Below are positions 26,801 through 40,269 of a DNA stretch of 64,000 bases, piece after piece. Each line of letters begins with the position of its first letter. The first letter of the stretch is position 1. This stretch comes from Rhynchobatus australiae (taxonomy: Eukaryota): contig JAUZTB010000135.1 of assembly GCA_034780895.1 (NCBI GenBank), forward strand, positions 44,886,781-44,950,780. Reading direction: 5' to 3'. Both the position numbers and the translations under genes were made by a program. The notes under the pieces were generated by a model. It was not told where the DNA came from. It did no database searches and was given only the letters and a program-made list of their open reading frames with translations.

Positions 26801-28697
26801 GTTTTAATTAGAGCATCAATCAATGGAGTTTTGTTGTAGCAAGGCTTTAATAGATTTTTCCAAGGATTGAGTACCTGCCTAGAAATGTCCTAATATGGCA
26901 ATGTTTCCCCTTAATGATGGATGTGAAAATATCAGTCTGCACTCTGAAACTGCTTAGATACAATAACTAGCAGTTAGTTTTGTTTTGTACAAACCAAGTA
27001 GAGTGAAAAATACCGACCTCCAGTCCTGTTTTTAGTTTTCTCTTTGTTGTTTATCTCATGCACCTAATGACAGGAGCAATGTGTTGAAAATGAGGTACTG
27101 AATTCTAACCAAATTCATCAAACTGGTTTATATCTGTATCCAAAGGAAATTTCTATCCTCGTCATTATTATCTCCTGTCCTCTATTTATCTCATGCTTCA
27201 CTTGTATTTCTGAGTATGGTTTTCAGTAGATGTTATTTTATGTTGTAATTTATGGGTCTATGTGATTGCTCATGGAAATAAATTATTGGCTTTATCAAAC
27301 AATGAGTTTAGATCTGTGTCTTTTTATTTTATACACAATACTTTTGCCTAATATATGATGAACTACAAAAAAAGTTGATTATGTACAAACAATTCTCTTT
27401 AACACACTATATAAAAGTATCACCTTTAGACCTCAGTTTCTCAAATATCTACATTTGCCTGATCATTATGAAGGTATTCAACATTACGTACCATTGCCCA
27501 ATTAAATTAATTAATTTCAGTTAAACATGTTTGATCCGCAAGGTTTTGGAAGCAAGCCAAATAAAGCTGTTTGAAAGTAGAACAACCATCTTCACATTAC
27601 TGCCCCTGCTCCACTGAGAGATTATTCTGTTCAGCTACTGTGAATTTTAAATGCTGGTTAAAAAAAGAATACAAAGGCACCATGTAGTACTTGGGATTGC
27701 TTAAAGACTATGTGCAACAAGTCTTGGGCATGCTCATTTAAAATGATCATACAATGTTCTTACACATGAGATGAAGTAAAATGGGTGAGGTGATGTAAGG
27801 GGGAAGGAGGATTGTGATTGTAAGCACTAGTATAAATCTGTTGCACAAAAGGCCAGTTAATGTGTTGCATTTTCTTAGTAAGTTGCAAAGGAAACCTTCT
27901 CCCATTACTCCCAGAATTGGATCTAAATTTTTGGAACCTGATTTGAAATCCTATTCTTAATTTGTGTTTTACACCCAGCATACCTACACAGATTGGGAAA
28001 TGCTTGGTTCATTGTGTTTGATGAAGAGAGAAAGAAAATTATCCTACACTAACTTACTTTTCAGGTGTCCTTGCTGGTAAGGCAACAAACATGGCTCTTT
28101 GAGGAGTCACATACTTTCATTCACTAACCACCATCATGAAAAATTTCAAAGTTACCTTTCACATGATTGCACTGGCCCTGAGTTCCACACTCTGTCTCTT
28201 TTATCAGAAGTTTTTTTATTTAATTGCCTTAATGTTGATGATCCAAATAGATTCAGACTAAATATTAACATACTATTGCTGGCTACTTCCAACTTCTCCA
28301 AGCATTTTTGGCCTACAATGTTCCAACTCAGATTAAGCTCAAAATTTACATCAGGTTTAGCCTTCTTCCCCATATCCATTCCATCAGAAAGATGTATTTC
28401 TTTCCCCTCCAAAAATTTGTCCGCCTCCACATCTATCTCTTTCCCAGTGAAAAAATAACAATAGTATGAATGATAATCACCTACAATTTGGTTAAAATGC
28501 CTAATTTTGTCTTTTCTGAAGTAAGATGATAAACCTTAATTTCTCTGGGCATCTAAAAGTAGTTAATGAGATGTGATCCAAATAGCAAAAAGTGTTGTTA
28601 CAAAAAGTAAAATCCAGTAATCTTTGCATCCAAATTTTGAATAATGCTTTGAGCTTTTTAAGAACTAGGTTAGTATAGTTTCTTAGAAACAAGGTAC

Positions 28698-28703
28698 TTT
28701 ATT
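28698..28703 (-). promoter_or_regulatory. Candidate CD226 polyadenylation signal AATAAA
   Basis: Minus-strand AATAAA about 275 nt after the stop codon. Confidence 0.4.
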
Positions 28704-28977
28704 CCCCATCATGTGCATTGGTAAGTTCATAATTTAAGTAAATTCCAAGTATAGAAATATACAATTGCCATAAACAAAATTTAACTGTTAAAAATAATGG
28801 TCATAAGATATTTAATATCAAAAGAAATTGAATATTTTCAAAATCTGAAGAGTGGAAAATCACAGTAAGGCTCACTTTTCAGAGGTGGAACTAATCACTT
28901 TGTTATTGAAGGAAATGAAAACACAAACAAAGAGCAGTTTGTGGTGATGAAGGTTGGTCCAAGTTCTGTTAATGACA

Positions 28978-29118
28978 TCATTGATAGGTCCTTGGTCTGC
29001 TTGTCTGTGTTGGTTTCGGCAGGTTAGCATAAACGGCTTCCTTCTGCTCTTCCACAGTCCTAGAACCTGTTCGTTCAGAGGCAGCAGTAAGTGCGTAGCT
29101 GTTTTGGTTGACTCTCTG
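28978..29118 (-). CDS. CD226: CD226 last coding exon (cytoplasmic tail, ITT-like YxN motif)
   Basis: Acceptor ctctttactaacag, phase 0; QRVNQNSYALTAASERTGSRTVEEQKEAVYANLPKPTQTSRPRTYQ*, versus human …REDIYVNYPTFSRRPKTRV*. Joined CDS is 335 aa without, or 362 aa with, the 81-nt exon. Confidence 0.9.
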   Translation of the reverse strand, partial: QRVNQNSYALTAASERTGSRTVEEQKEAVYANLPKPTQTSRPRTYQ

Positions 29119-29439
29119 CTGTTAGTAAAGAGTTCCATTAGAATTGTTTTGCAGACCAACAAATACCAAACAATGTCTGTACTTTGTTTTTATAAAATGA
29201 ATAATTAATATCTATGAATAGTCAGTATTCATTATAGGGAACACAAACAATACTGAGAAACTGAGAGACAGAAATCATTTCAAGCAAAGAGTGAGTGAAT
29301 CTTTATTAAGTTTGGGTTGTACTCCAATCATATTCTTCCAGTTAATCTATTCTTTTCTGAGAGAAGGATTTATTAATGTAATAATATTAAGAATTTGTGC
29401 AATAATTGTTGTCCATGCAATTTAAGGAAAGGTTAGAAG

Positions 29440-29755
29440 AGGAGGCGCTTTGTGCTACGTTAATTCCAAATGTCACAATATCATTGTCACAACCAATTCT
29501 GACAGTGAAAATTTCTTCTCGTGGTGGGTGGTGACTCTCCATAATTCTCCACTTTAGAGAGTTATGAATGCTAATTCATTAGAAGTATGTAAAGCAGAGC
29601 TAAATGAATTTTTCAAAGACTGGGCGATTAAAGACAATGGAGATCTTATACAGGAGGAGTTGGGGCCTGAAGTAAATCAGCCATGATCATACTGAATGTT
29701 GGGACAGGCTTGAGGGACCTAGTGCCTATCTCTGCTCCTATTTCCTTGTGTTCCT
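29440..29755 (+). mobile_element. CR1 3' fragment
   Basis: atttcttctcgtgg…tcagccatgatcatactgaatg…tgctcctatttccttgtg tail. Confidence 0.7.
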
Positions 29756-30989
29756 GAGACCTTGCTTAACATCGATACAGCTGTACTGACAGTGGGGTTT
29801 TCTAGNNNNNNNNNNNNNNNNNNNNNNNGAAGGAGTTTGTCCCACTAACTTTCTCAGAAGTGTTGAGGTATTGCAGCTAATTCAGCATAAATCAGGGTAC
29901 AGATAATGAACTACCTCAGGCAGATGAGCAACCAAGATAGCCAATGCTTCATTCCATTGATAAAAATGATAAGAGCTGGCCGTTGTTGCCTTTTGCCTGA
30001 CGGTACGTCAACTGCTCATTGCATTCCATCATGTGTCATCTGACCCTTGGATTCAATTACCTTTTCATTAAGTTCTACAGCTCACATGGAGGGCAATATG
30101 GTTGCATTTCAGCCAGAAAACAAAGATTCCATTAAAGAAATAGATGAGTGTTTTGTGGACCCTCAAGACAATGCAGTTGATTCCAGTATGAGCTGCTAAA
30201 GGTAGAGTGCAGTTTGTTCTCTCTGAGGCTGAGATTAATAGCTTTGGATAGTCAAAGGACACAGGGATCAGGTGTTAATGTGGATGAAGGGAAAGAACAG
30301 TCTTTGAATGGCAAAGCAAGCTTGTGGGGTTGTGTTGCCTATTCTTGCTTCTATCAGTTATGTTCTCATGAACAGTGCATTCCACTTCAGTCTTCCAAGA
30401 AGCTTCATTGTAACTGCACTAGTGTATCTCTCTATTCCTGGCATCTGCATGGGCTACCAGAATCAAATGCACAATCTGTCTTTCCATGTAGTTGCTATTA
30501 TAACCAGATATTCAGNNNNNNNNNNNNNNNNNNNNNNNNNNNNNNNNNNNNNNNNNNNNNNNNNNNNNNNNNNNNNNNNNNNNNNNNNNNNNNNNNNNNN
30601 NNNNNNNNNNNNNNNTCAGTGAGTGCAAAAGCAGGAACATTGATTGGTTTTACCTCCATGAGCAACCAGGTAAAACCAATGTTTATTCAAGGAAGTATAT
30701 AACCAGGGAAACGTTATTTAGTAAGTCCATTTAATCTTTGAGAAGAACATTCTCACTGCTTTTCAAAGGCAAACTAACTGTAGCACACCAGAACAAATCC
30801 TCCCCCATGCCCTAAAACTGTCCACCTTAAGGTACCTTTGATCAGTTTCCATGCCTGTGATGTGATTGTTCTTCATGGAACATGTTTGCTGCTTTGTAGA
30901 TTCTTAACACATCCTCACAACCCAACAATCCACCTAGCTCTTTTTTTTTAGAACTTATTCAATTAATCAATACAGCACCAGCTGAGAAT

Positions 30990-31195
30990 TAATAAAAACA
31001 GAAAATGTTGAAGATATTAGCAGGCCAGGTAACATCTGTGGAAGAGAAAAGGACCATTTCAAATCAATGACCTTCAGAACCAGGACATTGACCTGAACCA
31101 CTGATTTAGTGGTTCTTCCACAGATACCTGCTCAGTATCACAAGCATTGTTTCTGTTTTTATTTCAGATTTCTGGCATCTGTATTTTTTTGCCTT
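30990..31195. mobile_element. Penelope-derived fold-back repeat
   Basis: aataaaaacagaaaatgttg…catctgtggaagag versus cttccacagatacctgctcag…ttctgtttttatt. Confidence 0.65.
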
Positions 31196-32360
31196 ATCTG
31201 GGGGTTTGTTTTACATATGGTTAAGCTACTGTCAAAAATATTCCAGCTTTGGAATACCACTGAGCCATGCTAGGATCAAGCCCAATATTGCTGACCCACC
31301 AGAATCTGCGATGCCAGTGGTACATCACCTTGTTACCAAGGGGTAGACCAGTGAAGTGGTACTTCAAAAGCACCCCTGGTGCCAACTTCTTTATGCCCAC
31401 CATAAACTTCAACAGCAAACCACCCTTGATGATTTTGCCTCAAGTCCCCATGCGTCCATCCAGAACTAAGCAGATTCTCCATTTGTAACACACTTAAAGA
31501 ACATAATAAGATTAGACAGAACAGATTATATCTTGCATGATAAATGTTCTGTTGCAACATAGTCCAATTAACACCTGGTCTGTGATATTTGCATNNNNNN
31601 NNNNNNNNNNNNNNNNNNNNNNNNNNNNNNNNNNNNNNNNNNNNNNNNNNNNNNNNNNNNNNNNNNNNNNNNNNNNNNNNNNNNNNNNNNNNNNNNNNNN
31701 NNNNNNNNNNNNNNNNNNNNNNNNNNNNNNNNNNNNNNNNNNNNNNNNNNNNNNNNNNNNNNNNNNNNNNNNNNNNNNNNNNNNNNNNNNNNNNNNNNNN
31801 NNNNNNNCTCTACCATTTTCATGAGAGTCTCCATACTATGAGATCAATGGAACATGGTCTCTTAACTTTTAATATTTCTTTTAAGATAATCTACCTCAAT
31901 GCTCATGTTACTAGCTGTGGGTTTAAATGCTTTTAACACTGAGAAAACTTTATCAAGTCTCTTCTTACTCAACATTTTGATGATTTAAACAAACGTGCTG
32001 TTTGGTGTTAGGCACTAACTGGATCTCCCCTAAGATTCTTACAAATATCAGTGATAACAATTAATCTCATTTGTATTTCAATTTGTTTAAAAATTGAAAC
32101 GGCAGCACTTTACCCCATTGCCTAATTTCCAATTTCAAAGGATACCTGCTGCATAAATAGGAGGATTAGGAACAGAGTGCTTCTTGTGCCAATAGTTGAG
32201 CATTTTTTTCAATCATTTACATTAAGAAACTCATATTCTTGCATTATAAATACTAATTCTAAGCTGATGTAGTTCATCATTAGATTTACATTAACAGGTA
32301 ATGTAGTAATGTTTACTGAATAATTTAACTGTACAGAGGTTGTCTTGCCTGATTTCTTAC

Positions 32361-32409
32361 GGTGCTCTTGCTTTTAAACTGCCTTTTGGCCCTTTTCCAT
32401 TTCTTTTTC
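32361..32409 (-). CDS. CD226: CD226 basic juxtamembrane exon
   Basis: Acceptor ttcttttcatcag, donor |gtaaga, 49 nt, phase 2-0; (R)KKKWKRAKRQFKSKST, equivalent to the human RRRRERR segment. Confidence 0.88.
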
Positions 32410-32550
32410 CTGATGAAAAGAATAGTATACCTTAGTATGATGCAGATTAATCATTTCGCTAATCTATTAACCAGGCACAATTTATAAAAATCACAGAATA
32501 AGGGTCCCAATACAGACCCCCGAGGTATACCACTNNNNNNNNNNACATAC

Positions 32551-32632
32551 CTCCACACGCAGACAACAATAATGATTATTGATAAAAGGATTCCTAGAGC
32601 AACCCCACCAATAATTGGAAACATTTTAAAGT
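32551..32632 (-). CDS. CD226: CD226 transmembrane exon
   Basis: Acceptor ttttatcttcatttacag, donor AG|gtatgt, 82 nt, phase 1-2; (D)FKMFPIIGGVALGILLSIIIIVVCVW(R). Confidence 0.9.
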
Positions 32633-33765
32633 CTGTAAATGAAGATAAAAATAAATTAGCATGTCAAGTTTTAACTAAGTGGTGGAAGGTACTACTTGAC
32701 AAATAACAATAATATTTGATTTGCTAAAGCTGTCGGCTTTTGTTTTTACTGTGAGCTTTTACTGTCGTTCCAGCTCCTACAGAATAATTAAATCATTACA
32801 ATTGAGAAGTTACTGTGCAAATAGTCCTGTGGCAGTACACACTGTTATTCCAACAGCTCATATCATGGAAGGGTTAGCAGAGGTCAAAGTCCCTCAATTT
32901 TGTCAAGTGCTATGAAATTCCATTCTGTTCAGGTGAATACTTATCATGAAAATGTCTTAAGATTATACATATGCAAGTACAAAGGCCTGTTAAGATCTTC
33001 TATTCAGAATAATAGATGCATAACACTGCTCCTAATCTATCTTGCTACGTTCCATTGCAGTGTTTTACTTTCCCCTTTCCTTAAAATAATGGACATTGTG
33101 CGAACCGTGATGATTACAGCAGCAGCAAGGGTAAGAGATAGCTGTTGTTTAAAATGAATCAAATCATTTACATGGATTTGAGTATCATAATACATTTCCC
33201 CTCCACCCCCTCCAAGGGGATTAAATCATCGTGGGAGAACCTGTGAGTTCTTACGTTCTTACTTAACTGTAGCAGGATCGTGGATTGGAGAATTAAGAGA
33301 GGATGGTTAGGGAAGGCTGCAGGAGCATGAAACATTTTGCCTGTACCACACTGAGTGAACAGAATTGGCCCTTCTATTTTGATGCTTGCAATTGCCTGAA
33401 TAGGTTATTATCTAACTCCTGCATCCCAAGTAGCGAGCAGATGTTCTGATCCAGTGCTACATCAGTGCTTTTCTTCAGACATTAATATCAACTAAACGAT
33501 TACTTGCCTCCTAGTTTTCTATACATCTGGTAAGATATCTGGCTTCTTCTGTAAAACCCTGGACCTAACTGAGTGTGGGGAACTGGAAGGTCTTTATACA
33601 CTCATTACTGTGGCTCCATCAAACCTCGATCAAATACTTATTTGTCTGGTCAGAAATTTGTAGAATGTGAGGCAAAGTGCTACTACACTTGTCAGACACA
33701 AAATGATTACTGATAATAGCAGGAATGAAGTGCATATCAGTTTGTTTAAAGTGAGGTCTAAATCC

Positions 33766-34305
33766 TGTAGAACGTGTTGGGAAAAGAAGAAATCAACCNN
33801 NTACATAGACTCCTGGCCTGGTATAAAGAGGAAGTGGAACTAAGCAGCTGCCTCTGATTGTGAAAGATTGCTCAACCTCATAGGAAGCCCAGACCTCTAA
33901 ATTAAGAATGGAAAAAGGTACGATGACCTCAGAGTCATGACATTCTGGGCAGAGGTGCGTCAATGAACATTCTAGAAGATTAGAAGAAACAGGATAAGAG
34001 GGCCATCGTGACATTGGTGGCGATAACCTGTGAACAACCATCACAGAAGGAAGACTCTGAGTTTGGAACTCAGAGAAGATTACAACCCCAACAGAGTGAA
34101 TCTGGCCAATTCACCTCCCATGGGTAGTATTTAAGTCCGAGCTATGAGCCTTGTGCTTGAGCATAATGAGTGATCTTAGAACATATGGAATTACTGGAAA
34201 TTAACAGTAAGCTGACATATCTAAGTAACTTGAGTACTAGTAAAGACTAAGTTGTACTAAACTTTAGTTGAGAGTTTTGTTTGACATGTCACTTGATACC
34301 CTACA
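33766..34305 (+). mobile_element. Putative solo LTR
   Basis: Bounded by TGTAG…CTACA with a TATA-like gtataaaga inside; no TSD seen; small internal gap. Confidence 0.35.
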
Positions 34306-34619
34306 GAAGTAATGGGGTCAACATGCTGTGGAGAAGGAAGCTGAGCGGAAACCACACAATGTGACCACAGAGGACTGACAAAGACAGTTTCAAAATTTCC
34401 AGTGAGATAATGAACTTATTCTGTTCAATTCTGGCTTTAAAAACAATATGATACAACGTGGCTTCTGATTCATCTGCTGTCATGCAGAAGTTGACATATG
34501 CTCTCAGGGATTATGGATCCTGGGCAAGATAGTGCAGCAGCTTCACAAATTAGTTAGTTAATTGTAGACATTGGGTAATTGTCTGATATTAACATTCACA
34601 GTAAAGGAAGAGGAAAGTA

Positions 34620-35820
34620 TGATAGACAGGTCAAAAAAGTAAATATTGAACCCAGGATTCCGCAGGAGTAAATGGCTTTTATCGCAGGGCTTTAAAGCAG
34701 GCAGGTGAGAATGTGACAATGATTTTCCAATGCTTTCTCATCCAGGAACCATTCCTTTAGAAAGGAAATGTGCTAACACTACTTAAGAATCGTAAAGAAG
34801 TCGGGGAATTACAGATCAGTTTGCTCTTCATCTGCTGTTGGAAAATTACTGACATCTATAATTAAGGATAGATGAGCTGAACACATTGAATATTTGCAAC
34901 TTTGCACATTGAAACTTTGCAAAATTTGTCAGGATGGATTTATAAAGTATAAATTATGCTGAATAAAAAACTTGAAGTGATAACTAAGTTAGCAGATAAG
35001 AGAATGTCTATGGTTCTTTTTAAGGACTCATTGAAGGCATTTGTTAAAGTTGAAGCATGCAGAATTGAGGTCAAGTTATTGATAGGAGGAGAAAAATGGT
35101 TAAGAAGCAAGAGACAGAGATTAGGAAACAAAAGACAGATACTCAAATTGGCAAGGAGTGATAAATTGCACTCCAGAGGAATTTGTTTGGGGCCTCAACT
35201 AATCCCAGTTATTCTTCATGACTTGGATGATTGTATGGAGATATAGATGATCAAAGTTTGCTTGTGACACCAGTAAGTGTCCAAATAGATTAAGTGGATA
35301 GACTACAATGGGATCAAGGAGCATGGGGAGAGCATCAAATGTGAAGCTAGCCAAGATTGAATGAACCCTGATCTTATTGAATGAGGAGCAGTCTTGATGG
35401 GCTCATTGGTCTACCCCTGATCCTTGTCCTAATGTGGGAAACTATGCAAAATGGATATTAAAAACAGAAATATGATCTCATCCTCTTCAATCCAAAACAA
35501 AAGGATGTAGGAGAGTAGTTTCTAAATGGTTCAATGTTAGAAGCAGTGGGTACATTAAAATTCACAGACAAGTATGGAAAAATTCAAAACTGGACTTTAA
35601 ATATAAAAGGTTCTAGAAAAGAAGGGGTTTGAAACTGTAGTATTGGTTGGATCTCATCCTCGAGAGCATTGTTCAGCTCTGGACACCACATCTTATGAAA
35701 AATAAATTGGTCTTGGAAAATGGTATTGGAACGCCAAGCATTGAGCAAAATAGGGTTTTCTGCCTTGTGATTTAGAAGATAAATAGATGAGTTGATCAAA
35801 GTTCTTGATGTATTCACAAG
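34620..35820 (+). mobile_element. CR1 LINE, decayed RT
   Basis: KAFVKV…WLRSKRQR…RGICLGPQLI…DLD. Confidence 0.75.
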
Positions 35821-35829
35821 TTCTATTCA

Positions 35830-36355
35830 TTCATAGGGTGAGGACATCCTTGGCAGAGCTAGCATTCGTTGCTTATCCTGAATTGCCCTTGAGAATGTGG
35901 GGGTAAGCCATCTCCTTGAACAATGGCACATACGAAGACAATTCACTAATGTTATTAGGTAAGGAGTTGCAGGACTACACCAAGCAACAATGAAGAAAAG
36001 GCAAAATGCTGAACCTAGCGGGGAGTATGCAGTTAATGGTGTATCCATGTGCCTGCTGCCCTTGCCCTTNNNNNNNNNNNGGAAGGATCAAATATTTTGG
36101 AGGGCTAAGAAGCCTTTGTAAGTTGTTGCAGTGTATCTGGTAAATGTTAAATACTACAGGTGCAGTGCATTGGAGATGGAGTGAGTGCATGTTAAATGTG
36201 ATGGATGAGTTACAAATCAAGTGGAGTACTTTGTCCTGAAGTGTAATAAACCTACTGAGTTGGAGCTATACTCATCCACGCAAATGGAAAGTATTTCATC
36301 ATACTTCTGACATATACTTTCTAGATGGTGAAGATACTTTGGGGAGTCAGGATTC
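35830..36355 (-). mobile_element. CR1-group 3' region (same family as 14575-16255)
   Basis: Shared ttgcccttgag…tccttgaac…gtatccatgtgcctgctgcccttg text. Confidence 0.7.
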
Positions 36356-36399
36356 AGGAGGAGAGTTAGACTTTGCAGAGGTAAGGCCCGGGACCTATT

Positions 36400-37420
36400 T
36401 TAGGATTTGCAAATAAAAACTTGGATATTAAATATAATTTGGAAGAGAAGCAAAAGATGTAACCAAACATCATGGCAGTGACACTTACTGCAAAAGCATA
36501 TGCAGCCAGCATAGTTTCTGAATTTGGGCAATGGATATGGAAACATTTGAAGGTCAAAAGTGGGTATGACAAATGTGTGGATAACAATGACAATGGTGGT
36601 AATGTAGCGAAGGAGCAGCCACTGTTGCTTAGTTACACAAAAGACAGCTATGAACGTGTGACAAAGATCAGCTAAAAAATTAAATAGAACCCAAGATGTG
36701 CACCATCAAAATGAAATCCTGATGTAGGGGGTGGAACTGAGAATTTAGGCACACTCTGTGGAATGGGGAACCAAAAAGGATGACTTTCATCTTGTCCATA
36801 TTATTTTTGGTTCTTTGCAAGTTGATAACTGACAAGAACCCAAGAAGATCATTGATGGTCAAGGGGACAAGGTTGGAAAGGGTAATCTATTGACAAAAAA
36901 AAGGGAGGGTCCATGGGTGGAAAATTGGTCAATCCTGAAATGACTACATGCAGGCAAGAGGAGAACTCATTGGAGAGACGTCCATTTTAAAAGAAGTAGG
37001 ATTGGAGCCAAGCAAGATCATTCGTTTAAGGTACATGAGGGATGAATGTGTTAAAGAATGTGTTGAACTCTGTGAGAAGGGTAGAGAGGGATAATGTTTA
37101 ACAACTGCAGTCCAGTGGAATGTAATCATTAACCTTGAATATGCAATGTTTTACCTTTAGAATGAGAGAAATGGAACAATATGAGTCCATACAGAGGACA
37201 GTGGAAGAAAGAAATCTGCCCATTCTCAATTTCAATGCATTCTTGGTTAGTTAAAATAAGAAGATTAAAGTCCTGCTGGGGATTGAAGAGAACAGTGGGA
37301 TTGAGAGTGTTTTGAGGAGGGAATTGATGAGGAAGGAAATTTTAAAGGGACAAAGCAGTGCCCGGGGAAGGAAACAAAATGTCAGGAGGCCTTGAATGCA
37401 GAAAAGAGACAGATGCAGTC
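36400..37420 (-). mobile_element. L2-like LINE RT remnant
   Basis: Degenerate QG-ILG-type motif and L2-like composition. Confidence 0.45.
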
Positions 37421-39409
37421 AGGAGCTAGGCTAGGCTTGGTTGAAAGATATAGACAAGCTAATTTACTGCTCCAAGTAGAAACTTCATGCAGAGAATTCA
37501 CTGAAACATGCAAGTTAAATGTAAACAGGAACGTCTTATTCAAAGCATGGCTCTACTTCTTTGATTTTCAGACATTGAACAACATAAATCTCACTCTGGG
37601 GATGTTACAAAAGCTATTAACATCCTTTTATCTTGAGGACTGAAACTAAGCACTCAACTGCCCTAGTTTCCTCTTCATTCCCAAAACTCTAGTCACTCCT
37701 TTCCAGAAGCAAGCCTTGACTGCTGATCACTCGATGCTCATCCAAAATCAGAAACACATGCCAATTTTCCCCATTAACGTGTTACACCAAAATTTACTAT
37801 GAATCATTTGGAATTTAAAAAAAACCCAAGTAGATGAGAAATCATGAGCTTGAGGGAAGAGCTGAACATATATTCCTTCTTTAAGTTAAAACATGAAGAC
37901 ATTATATTATTATTCATGCACATTAGGCACAGCATGTTTAACAAAAATATTGGTGGAATTGCTTTGAGTTCGAATACAAAATTATTCAGATGCCATTAAG
38001 ATTCATTCAAAAATATGGAAAATTGTAAGTTTCAGCAAAATTTCTTTTTAAGATCACTAATGAATAGTTGGCGCAAACACAAGTAATGGGACTTGGAAAT
38101 TTAGAAAATTACAGAATTGGCATCAGTTCAGGAAATATGCATAAGCTGTAATTTTGTATTTTAAATGCAGTGGCAGATGCTTCTTTTAACAGGGATTTGT
38201 AGAACGAACATACAAGTTTGAGTCAATGTGGACATAGAACATTACAGCACAGTACAGGCCCTTCAGCCCACAACATTGTGCCGACATTTTATCCTGCTCT
38301 AAGATCTATCTAACCCTTCCNNNNNNNNNNNNNNNNNNNNNNNNNNNNNNNNNNNNNNNNNNNNNNNNNNNNNNNNNNNNNNNNNNNNNNNNNNNNNNNN
38401 NNNNNNNNNNNNNNNNNNNNNNNNNNNNNNNNNNNNNNNNNNNNNNNNNNNNNNNNNNNNNNNNNNNNNNNNNNNNNNNNNNNNNNNNNNNNNNNNNNNN
38501 NNNNNNNNNNNNNNNNNNNNNNNNNNNNNNNNNNNNNNNNNNNNNNNNNNNNNNNNNNNNNNNNNNNNNNNNNNNNNNNNNNNNNNNNNNNNNNNNNNNN
38601 NNNNNNNNNNNNNNNNNNNNNNNNNNNNNNNNNNNNNNNNNNNNNNNNNNNNNNNNNNNNNNNNNNNNNNNNNNNNNNNNNNNNNNNNNNNNNNNNNNNN
38701 NNNNNNNNNNNNNNNNNNNNNNNNNNNNNNNNNNNNNNNNNNNNNNNNNNNNNNNNNNNNNNNNNNNNNNNNNNNNNNNNNNNNNNNNNNNNNNNNNNNN
38801 NNNNNNNNNNNNNNNNNNNNNNNNNNNNNNNNNNNNNNNNNNNNNNNNNNNNNNNNNNNNNNNNNNNNNNNNNNNNNNNNNNNGAAACCATTCCCCATCT
38901 ATTTATATTTACTCAATCAGAGCCCAAATTGAACAACATTACATCTTAGTTGATGCCTCTGCAGCACTAATCAAATGCATGGTAACTGTTTGTGCTATTA
39001 GAGATTGCGAGTTCATACAATCAAAATTAATTGCTGAAATATAAAGTATGCTTTCAGCAAGTATCACAAAAGCTGACTGTTAATAATTGGCTATTTGTTA
39101 AATGCATTAGTATCTTTGATTTACAAGGGGTAATGTACCATTCTGGCACATTCCTAGGTTTGTAGCATCAAATAGAATAACACTTTTACAAGAGCTTAGC
39201 TTTACTTGTTGGCTCACTAAAAAAATTTGGACTGCAATTTAAAAAATTGAATTTAAAAAAATCAGATTTTAGACATACTGTCAGCAAGACCCACAAAATA
39301 CTCCTGTCACTGGTAAATTTAGATTTATAAATACAATCTCTTATCTAGCACAGTATACTTACTGCATAAAATGTAACATTCTTTATTCTAGTGGGAAATA
39401 GAAATTTTG

Positions 39410-40130
39410 ATTTAAAAATAGAAAATGCAGGAAATAAGCAGTGTCAGAGAGCTATGGAGAGAAGAACAGAGTTAATGTTTCAGATCGACAGCTTTTTATC
39501 AAAACCGGGGAAGTTGGACCAAAGAAATTTTAAGCAAGCTTCAGTTCAAGCAGATTAAGAGACAAAGGAAGATCAGAGGGAAGAAAGAATGAAAGGGAAG
39601 GTCTGGGATGGGGGAAGACAAAGTTAATGGTGGTGGGCCAAGGAAAGAAACGAAAGGTGGTTTGGAAAAGGCACAAATAGGAAATAACAGGATCATGACC
39701 AACAGTTTTCATCCAAGAAAATGGTGAGTGTGGTTATGATCTGAAAGAGCTGTACTCAGTGTTGAGTCTTCAAGGGTGAAATATACAATTCCTCAAGCTT
39801 ATGTTGAGTAATCACACAGTCTGCAGTTGTTCTTCCCAGTGTATGGGGGACATTTGCAGTGCAGCTTACTGAACCAAATGTGGTACATAAATTGCTATTT
39901 CACCCAAATGAAATGGTTTGAATTTCGGAAACTGAGAGGAGATAAAAATATTATGATGGGGGGGGGTGATTCAGGAGTCATGAAGGGAACTGATCATTTG
40001 AAAGATTTAAAGGAAGGAGGGCATGATATGTGTGCTGGTTTCATAAAGCTGGAAGTGGTAGAAATAACAGTGCATGATCATTGAATATAGTGAAGGTGAG
40101 GACAAGGGGAACCTTATCATAGAAATCCAA
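39410..40130 (-). mobile_element. Penelope-like element remnant
   Basis: Terminal repeat text (aaaaatagaaaatgcaggaaat…agaacagagttaatgtttcag) followed by GIY-YIG C-terminal-like sequence. Confidence 0.55.
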
Positions 40131-40269
40131 TCCCTCTATCCTGCACAAGGGACTATGTTTCTGTCTTAAATTAAGATTCTATCTGCCACCATAGACTGTC
40201 TGGCTGAACTTTTTTCCTGTATCCTTCTTTCCCTGTCTGTTGAATGTGATTTGTCACAAAGAGAAAGAG

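Noticed and set aside
28152-28441. 92-aa minus-strand ORF ending at a GT donor, downstream of CD226
   Set aside because: Lies beyond the CD226 stop and candidate polyA signal, partly resembles a decayed CR1 tail, and has no recognisable domain.
32410-32550. Apparently very short intron after the TM exon
   Set aside because: Contains a CR1 RT fragment (SGIPRGSVLGPL) and a 10-N gap, so its true length is unknown.
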